Positions 55,301 through 64,000 of a stretch of DNA of 64,000 nt are shown in pieces; within the stretch, counting starts at the first letter, position 1; the number at the start of each line of letters is the position of its first letter. The notes beneath the pieces were generated by a model, which saw only the letters and a list, made by a program, of their open reading frames with translations, was not told the origin of the DNA and did no database searches. Source of the DNA: Trichoplax sp. H2 (Eukaryota); assembly GCA_003344405.1 (NCBI GenBank), contig NOWV01000154.1:62001-126000 (forward strand). The letters run 5' to 3'. Made by a program: the position numbers and the translations under genes.

Positions 55301-58300
55301 TTAAGAAAGCTTAGAGATGTAGAAAATATAAATGCAGATTAACTTTGTAGCTATAAATTGTGCAGTATAATTAGGAACTAAGGAATGGTTAAGAAAAGCT
55401 TAAACTTCTGTTACTATTTGAAATGTTCACTTTACTATTTAAATTCGGATTAGCTTACATGAACAACAAATTCGGCATTGAACAGAATGCCTCGCTTTCG
55501 ATCAATTGGATATTATTATTATCCATATTCCTAATAAAGTGGAAACATAAATATGAAATGTAAAATGTATATATAGAAATATTTTACATATATTCTTAAA
55601 CTGATACCCAACCTAGAATTCACAATTACTAATTTGAGCTTGAACTATAGTATCGGTTAATAAACTAGATAACTTGATCCATTGAATTTAAGTATGAAGA
55701 CTAAACAGTTCAACTAGAAATGATTGGAACACTTGATAACACATTCAGCATTTTTAAAGTTAGAAAACGGTAAGACATCGAAAATAAAAATTAATTAAAC
55801 AGCATTATTAAGAGAGTTAAGGGCATAAACAATATCTATAGCTATTACTAACGAAGCAAACATAAAAAATTTCTTTTATTTTGGCATAAATTTTTTATCA
55901 TTATCTTAATGCATAACTTCTTACAGGAATTCTATTCTTGAGACACAGGCAAAAGTATGACGTTCAATCTTATGGATTTTATTCGCATAAAGCAGACTGT
56001 AAATTATATTATAATAAGAAACTGGTGTCATTTAATGCTGTGCTGCATACGAAGACAAGATAATTCTCATGTAAAATAAACCATACAGTTCTACCATACG
56101 ATGTGATCCACAAAATGAATTCGGTTCTATGTAAATAATTGAATTTTGCTCGAGTTTTCTAAATCAATGAAAATTTGATAGCTCATTTCCGTAAATAGTG
56201 ATTGGGTTCCACGTATCTACAGCTATTTCATGAAAAAGCTTACATAGGGGTATTAAATATTGGATATAGTCTGATGTAAGAATGAATATTTTATATAATG
56301 GATTAACGTAATGATTCTTAACTTCTGCAAGTAGTAACATACATAAAAAGTTTACGTAGTGCATAAAATATGAGTAATAGGTTCGCTTTGATACACTGTA
56401 AGCAACTAAAATTGCTTTCTATTAATTTAATATAGTAAATAAGTGCGTTGCTGGCGTTGGTATAATGATACATTGAATTTTGGGATAAATAGATAGCGAT
56501 TTTAAATATAGGCGATATCTAAGTTAGTAACGAAATAATTGGATAAAGTTCTACTATTTTATACGAATACTTGCAGTATATCTTTATACTTAAAATATGC
56601 CTTTAGATTAGCTAGCGGCTTCTAGCTGATCATCTAGTTCTATAACTTACAGGTATTGCATTGACTGCAAACCAGCGAAGGTAGTACGACGGATAATTTT
56701 CAACCGATTTCCAGCCAGATCTCTAATTAAAGGAACAATTAAAGAACAGTATAGAGGTATAATTTATCAAAACCTTATAAATATAAATGCGAAGATAGGT
56801 AATTCAGTAAATCTGAAATTTTAAAAGCTATGCCGGCTGTATAAGTGGCAGAATGAATTATACTGACAATGCTATATAATTGAATACTAAGTTAATATTT
56901 AAAGCTTTGATAATAGAGTACTGTCCACCATGCTCCAAAAATGCTAATTATTTTTGATTTAAAAATCTTACAGCATTCGAATTTTGTTCAGATTAATAAA
57001 AGAACTCGGTTCAATTTCTTCAATGGCATTATACTCAAGATATCTAAAATATATGTAATTAATATATATATTATATATATATGAGTAAATATTTTGATCA
57101 GTTTACTTGCGTGAGCCTGAGATTGTAGAATAAGATATGATCTTATTCCGTAACTAATCATTTTGATAATCGTTATAATACAGAAATTATCTTAGCTATT
57201 TAAGCATGTGTATAGCGCATACTCCAACTGTCTTTGTCTTTTTGTATGATACTCACAAATCTTCCAAATTTGATAGGCAGGCCAAACTATTATTTTTGAC
57301 AACCTTCAGACGATTACCCTTCAAATTACTGTGTAATATAATATTCATTATAGTAGAAATAAATAAGTTCTTATGAGCTTGTTGGTCATAAATATTGATT
57401 GAGGACGCTTAATAATTTTGAATAATTTTATTGACTAAATTTAACATGCAGATTTAGCCAAATCTCGTAAAGCAATTTCAATATTTACGTATTATTAACC
57501 GTATATGTTAGCTTTAATTATTAATCTAATTATGTTTATCGATACGAACAGGCGAATGAGAGATTCCAAGCCACATAAAGAGTTGGCTTCAATTGTAGTG
57601 ATAGCATTGTGTTTAAGTCGCCTGAGATTTACAGAAGAGTAAACCTTGATCAAATTTCTAATCTATTACAAGCTACAATTTTTTAGCTAAGGAATAATAC
57701 ATAATAAATATTGTCGTTATTGATTAATATCTCACTAATGTTTGATTGTTCTTTCGAATAAAGATTCATTTAAATCATAAAATAAAACTTTACAGCGTAC
57801 ATTTTTAGCACTACGCAATTTATAACAAATTAAATTTCATTGGATATATGATTTATCTTTTCTATGGTGAAATATTGATTCTCCTAATACAAATAGAACT
57901 TTGATATGCTATGTTGCAAGTAGACACTATGGTAAGCAATTGTGCTCGAGATATTTTCATCTCATTAATGTCTTATGAAAAATATATCCATAATAAGTAG
58001 AAATAAAATCCTTATTGATCCCTCTTCAATGATGCATAGAAGTAACGAAAAACAATTTAAATTTAAATCTAAGCTTAAGCGTTGGAATATAGCCAGAATC
58101 GAACTATGCACACGCGTACTTATAAATGCGTACTGTAAACTTCAAACTTACAAATATTTCAAATTCAATAGGCAGCCAAAGTCACCTTGAGACATGGCTT
58201 TTAGACGATTGTTATCCAGAATTCTAGTGAAATTGCATTTTCATACAATACGTATAGAGGTAAGAATAGCATTGCCTAATTATATCTGTAATTTAACCAC

Positions 58301-60526
58301 TTATACTTAACACCTAAATGCTATACTTACAGGTACTGCAAATTTTGCAACATACAAAACGCTTTCGATTCAATATGTAGCAGAGCATTCGATCTTAACA
58401 TCCTGTAAAAATTGAATATACGGATTTTAATGACCAGGTTATAAATGAAGTTTAAAGTAGTAGTATCGTACTGAGCGTATAGTAACCTTATTGATAAGTT
58501 TTTAGTTGAAGCTACTGTACATTTAACAATTTTAAATTTAATGCAGAAAGTAATTAGAAAACAAAAACTAAGATTTTGGAGCGCCTTTTACAGAGCTATA
58601 CATTCGTATTAGTTCGATTAATTCTGCTAAGATTTTATTACGACATCAGAGCTTAGTGCTGATTTCATGTGCTTAATAATGATTTAAGCAACCATATCCC
58701 AGCCTTGCAAAGATTTGTAACATGGGTAAACTTTTATCTTTTAAAATCAGCTAATATTACACTTATATTCTGACTTAAATTTATCATTATAAAACATCTT
58801 AAAGTTACATTGAGTATAAATCTAACATTCTAAGAGACTAAGGTATCAAAACGCGAATAACTAAACAGTGCAACCGTCAAACAATCAAGTGTAAACTAAG
58901 AATGGGTTTGGAAGCCTAGGATAGTGCTACTTACAATAATTTTAAATTACTTAGGCAATTAAATGATCCAAATGTAAGAGCTTGTAGCCGATTGGCTTCT
59001 AAAGACCTTATAAAAGATGCTAGCATAAATAAACCTTACCGATATAGCAATCTAGAAAATAGAATGAATTTTAAATCTTACAGATTGGTTAGATGTGGTA
59101 ATCTGCAGAACGCATCAGTCTCGATAACCTCGATAAGACTACTAGTAATGTTCCTACGGCAAATAATCATAGATAAGAATGGCCTTATAAATTTTCATTT
59201 GCTTATCATCCTTTTAAAATTGATATGAACAATTGGACACGGCAAGATGCTCCGTTAGATTCTTGTAAATGTACTTTATACAAATACTATGAAAAGAGTC
59301 GATCCTTTGTATCTGTCCATTTCTACTATGATAAAAAAGCTGCTACTGAATTATTCTCCATGATACATTGTACTCAATGTTAATATCATAACAATATTGC
59401 AGCATATTAACGTTTTTAGATTCTTGATATAGATGAATTTGCTCTGTAATCTAACAGTGAGATCGAACATATAGGCAATTCTTATAATCGTATTAATTAA
59501 TATTCTGAAATGTACCGTAATCTAGAGCCTCAATCTTACCCTTACAACTAAACTAGGATGTATGCTTTCGAAAGTTCCAAATAATACAGTATCATATCGT
59601 TTGAGATACATGTCATGTCGTAAGATAAAATAGGCACAACTTGACAGAGATGAAAAAAGTTATATCCTAAATCAGGAAGATAACATTATACACATTCGAA
59701 TACTTACAACACGATCAACTCTGGGTAGTTAATGAAGCTTCTCGCTTTTATCTTTCTGATACTAGTATTATTGATTATCCTAAGCGATAAAAACTTAAAT
59801 ATCATCACGTAGATCAAGCAAGTAGTAAAATTTTGGCATAATTCGAAAGATATAATGAGGAATAATATCGGTAAGAGAGCTACAGCTATTAGACGTGTGG
59901 TTAGTAAAAGAACGCGTAGAGTACCACTTGCTAATTTTAGTTAGGAAGCTATATTTTATTTCTATTTGGATTCTTTGCAATACATTATTTTAATTATTAA
60001 AAAAATATAGATTGACTAAATAATCAATTTCAGTAATAGTGGACTGTATAAGATCATTCATTCTTCGCGTAAGCAGCACGTGAAGGCAGATCAATAATTA
60101 AAATTATATTAGTATACGTATTGATTACGTTAAAGGATTTATAGCCTAGCCTGTTTTGATTAGTCTTAAATATACCGTAATAAATGAAGTAATTTGAACA
60201 TAAACTATGAATAAAATATTTCTATTAATGATTATACTAACAGTGACTTCACATATCTTATGCCAGTATAGTTAATGTCGGGCAATGCTATTAAGTTACT
60301 ACTCGAGCAACTTATAGATGAATTGCTGCAATTGCAGATGCTTGGACAACCATTACTGATTGCTATTAGAAATTATAATAATAATTCAGCATATGACACG
60401 AAAATAAAGAAAAGCCTTACATCAATATTTCATATTTAAATTTCTACCTGCAATTCCACAACTACAGGCTATTACAAGCCAAACGACAGCTATGAAGTTA
60501 ATGCAGAGAATCCACTGGGATTTCAT
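39256..60526 (-). CDS. Leucine-rich-repeat-containing GPCR (LGR; RXFP/GRL101-like hinge) with very long LRR ectodomain; may comprise more than one gene
   Basis: Signal-peptide exon 60526-60448 (MKSQWILCINFIAVVWLVIACSCGIA), LRR-NT exon from 60362 (GCPSICNCSNSSISCSSSNLIALP), about 48 single-LRR phase 2-2 exons between 59779 and 40465, and terminal exon 40351-39256. Linker exons between LRR blocks (50-42 kb) are not fully resolved. Confidence 0.75.
40465..48745 (-). repeat. About 21 further single-LRR exons (63-84 nt, all multiples of 3) in several sub-blocks
   Basis: Exons: 48683-48745, 48452-48523, 48251-48334, 47026-47097, 46773-46838, 45562-45633, 45225-45293, 45077-45145, 44848-44919, 44673-44744, 44515-44583, 43902-43967, 43510-43593, 43292-43357, 42926-43006, 42159-42230, 41908-41985, 41742-41813, 41484-41564, 41291-41362, 40465-40536. 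Examples: YLSHNGIAQVENKTFSSYKNLRIL, DLRGNLLAYVSRKSFYGPPQLVET. Confidence 0.82.
49669..59779 (-). repeat. Block of 27 tandem single-LRR exons (26 x 72 nt, one 69 nt)
   Basis: Exons: 59708-59779, 59082-59153, 58935-59006, 58331-58402, 58152-58223, 57550-57621, 57257-57328, 56972-57043, 56651-56722, 56087-56158, 55925-55996, 55459-55530, 55136-55207, 54660-54731, 54428-54499, 54212-54283, 53332-53403, 52572-52643, 51924-51992, 51778-51849, 51479-51550, 51155-51226, 50921-50992, 50733-50804, 50573-50644, 49888-49959, 49669-49740. Each is AG/GT-bounded, stop-free and approximates xLxxNxIxxIxxxxFxxLxxLxxL. Confidence 0.9.
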
Positions 60527-63500
60527 ATCTGATGTACAGTACCGTAATGGACGATTCCTTTATAAAATCCAATTTAAGAATATTAAAGCAACTACTCTGG
60601 CCAAGTTCTAGGTCTTGGATTAGACCGAATCTTTACCTTCAGTATTAACGAGATAGTGTAAGCGATTTGACTGCTATAAAATTAAAATTGACAGCAAAAT
60701 ATCAGTTATTCTTATAATCTATCATTTAATCCGTTAAATATTTATAATTTATGTAATTACAGTAATTTCAGTTTACTTGAAAGTACTTATGTACTAATCT
60801 TTCTTAACCTAGAATTGCTAGATACTTATCTTGAATACCGTATGCCAAGTGCCTGTATCAGCTATTAAAATTCCTAAAATAGAATTTATTCTTAAGCTTT
60901 AAATCCAGTACTACCTGTATTCTAATGATATAATAGCTATACCAGTGTCAATAATCAGATTTTCATAGTTTATATATATATACCTGATCCTTTTGAAAAG
61001 GTTTTTGAACCTAAATTTCGTAATTGTATAGAAAAAAATTCCCCTTTTATGAGGCTAACCCCGAAATGATTTTAGCTTAATAGAAAATTTCAAGTTTATA
61101 ACGCGATTAGTGACTCAGTAACCAGATTAGCGTTAACATGCGACCATAATACTAATTGAAAAAAAATAATTAGATTAGGGTATTTGTATGCAGTACTCAT
61201 TTCAAGAATCAAGACTTGCTTAGTCACAGGTTGCCTTTGGATAAAGCCTATTTCTCAGAAAAATGTGTCAGCTCATGAAAGTCGAATTTAACACCGTTCA
61301 GGCTATTCAAGTTAGGCATATGATTCCTTTATCATAAACACATGGACAGTAAAAATTACAGGCTATTTGTAATGCGTCATAGCTATCAAATTACGTATAA
61401 GTAAATAAATATATAGCAACTGAAGTTCCTAACAGCAACAGATATGCAATATCAAACTCGATAAAAGAGTAAACTACGAGTATTTCGTTGTTGATAAAAT
61501 TTTCAGTTATAATGAGTTTATCATTGTATCTTTTCAAAGATTTGTAAGAGTCGCTTTAAGCAACTTGCTTTTTGCACTGTACTCAAGCCTCCAAAAACAA
61601 TTTTACACGATGAACTATCTTAACTATTTCATTCACGACCCGGATTGCATTGATAGATATATTGGAAGGCCTCCCTCCTTGGAATTATTATGTGCTATCT
61701 CAGAAATTGGTACACGATTTTTATGCAATTACTCGGTCCGTAAAATCTTGTATGGAATTATTTAATCCAGCTGATTTGCTTTTCTAGAATTTATTCATGA
61801 CGTCTATCTGCCATCTATGGATCAATTTAATCTTGGTAATAGCTTATGCCATACTCATAGTGTATAAATGTACTTCATTCATCCTCTAGTTAAGCTTTAT
61901 AGCTGTTAAGATAGGTATTACAAAGCTGAAAATAAAATAACAGTAATGAAATCGCTATAACTCGTATTAACATAATGACGAGAAAAATTTGCCAAAATCG
62001 ATTTAGGAATGATTCTGGCAGCTTTGATGTAGCACTACAGTAACAAAAGTTACATGTGTGCAATATCGGATAAAGTAATTACTAATTATAAAGATAATAT
62101 CGTATAACACTGATAAGAACTCAGTATTTCTAGATTAAGCCTCGTTTACATAAACTCTATAAACGGTAAAGAATATCAAACTGCGAAACAACAATCTATC
62201 AAGGGCGTATGCTAAATGTTGTTCGTGTAACTAGACACTTCAGTTTTGTTGCGTTATACTCATATTAGGAATAAATATGGTTTATAAATGGTAAATAGGA
62301 CGTTTAAAGAACAGCAGTCACACTTATGATTTTTAGGCACCATCTTATTGAAAATAATAAGCAGTAACTAAGACACGTTCGTACTAGCAATAAATCTGTT
62401 TCGTAAATGGTAAATAGTGCAATTAAATAACGGTAGTCACACTAACGATGTTGAGATATCGGTCTGATTATATAGAGTAATACGCAATAGCTAAAGTATC
62501 ATGCCGCTATTTTCAGTACAATACACAGCATTATAGGTTTGCTATCATTACTGGCTGGAGTAGACGTCAACATTTCCATAAGTACGATTTGAGTATACAT
62601 AAATTCGATAGAGTACGGGTGCCCTAAATACTTTATGATAACTATGATCATGCACCTATGGCATGAAAGCCGTAAGTTATACTGTTACTACTGTATTAGT
62701 GATCAAAGCGTAAAAACGTAGTCTCGACGTTCAAGATTGAACCAATTTCTTACCCTTTGAACAATCCACTAACAATGTGTTGATAACATGTTCATGATAA
62801 TTATAATAGCATTATGCCACCATATGGATACTTGAATTGCTAATAACAATGAAAGAATTTCTGATGAATATTATATTCAGAAATTGGAAGTCCATTGTAA
62901 TATTAAAGCCTGTATGCAAAATAGATCAACAACGCTTTACTTGTATCAACATCTAGAATATGAGTGAGATGTTATCCATTAATATCGATTATTGAATATT
63001 TATGGAATAGATATCATAAAATTTTATTCCATTTCACTGAATTAAAGTAAATTGTAATTTTGGCGATTTCTATAAAGCATTATATAAATTAACGAAAAGT
63101 AGCAAATCCAAGTATATAGCATTGCAAGGCAAAGCATCTATAGTACCCTATCCGATTTTAGATTTAAAAATTTTACTAGATATGATAATTTCTATAAAGA
63201 GTGAAAGCTTATCTCCGGGTATTTTTACTATTTAGGTAGTAAATCAATGATCCAAACATTTGTTACCAACACGCATTGTGTGAGCATTAATATAACTGAT
63301 AGAATAATACGTTAATTCTAGTTATAGTTTCGATCAGACAGTCCTACCTATGACGCAAAATAATACCTTCATTGAGTAATAAATGAAAATTTTATAGAAT
63401 TCGATCTTAAATCGGTTACTTTGATTGAATAATTCAATTAGAGAGACAATGTATTATATGATATATGAGTAATTAATAATTGTAATTAATCTTTATGCAC

Positions 63501-64000
63501 AAGAAAATTACTTTTATCGAAGGTACTGTATACTAAGTTGCCTTACTGTAACGTTACTGAAATGTTATTTAATCTTTACCGTACATTACCACAACTTAAT
63601 TAAATTTAAATTTCAGTCATAACATTAAGTACATAAATGATACTATGATAAGTACTAGGATTGTGAAGATTAAACAATCGATTAACAATTACTTAAAATA
63701 TTAAGGAGTTTAATATGGATAAAATAATAAATAGATTGCAGAACTTTAGTAAGATTCGAAAGCTTCAAAATTTATTTTAATTAAGCGTTGCTTCGACCTT
63801 ACGCTTTGTTAGTATTGTAATACTTCATGTTGCCAATATGGTAACATGTGGTGATTTATACCCGCGATATAATACGCTAGTTTAGATGATACAAGAGCAT
63901 TGTGATAACCTATATGCGAACTGATTGTTAGCAAGGCCTTTATTAATAGATGATTTTAAACTGCTGAGTTGTAAAGCATTTGTTATAAAACAAACACGTA

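Noticed and set aside
59546-59615. LRR-like degenerate segment (YLKRYDTVLFGTFESIHPSLV) in an LGR intron
   Set aside because: No AG acceptor at the expected spacing and poor consensus; at most a decayed exon.
63829-63845. GTTGCCAATATGGTAAC, X-box-like palindrome
   Set aside because: Five-base spacer exceeds the 0-3 nt of the X-box consensus and no adjacent gene is visible in the window.
60600-64000. Search for genes or RNA genes upstream of the LGR (also 2200-4300 and 24000-26700)
   Set aside because: No convincing exon chains, tRNA/rRNA signatures or transposase motifs seen; small exons could be missed by eye.

Overview
AT-rich, intron-dense eukaryotic (animal) genomic DNA. Short GT-AG introns, compact genes and TACAG-rich tracts suggest a compact early-branching metazoan genome such as a placozoan (Trichoplax-like); this is inference, not shown. 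Reading exons by hand gives six genes: (1) the 3' part of a SERHL-like alpha/beta hydrolase (+, 67-2111); (2) a complete CFAP47 ciliary gene (+, 4599-19870) with an upstream RFX X-box; (3) a small ORF at 23633-23872 with a textbook BH3 motif and a Bim-like C-terminal tail, a candidate BH3-only apoptosis initiator and the top finding; (4) two-exon COX17 (+, 27270-28092); (5) ARID1/BAF250 (-, 36897-30167); (6) a very large LRR-containing GPCR locus (-, 60526-39256) with signal peptide, LRR-NT, about 48 one-repeat micro-exons (mostly 72 nt, phase 2-2) and an LGR-type 7TM exon. The N-terminal LRRs of gene 6 alternate in A/B pairs with co-varying cysteines. Also present: TACAG/CTGTA low-complexity tracts near gene starts and a near-identical duplication flanking a 20-N gap. 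Most short ORFs in the supplied track are intron read-through or spurious. Multi-exon CDS features are given as first-to-last coding base.
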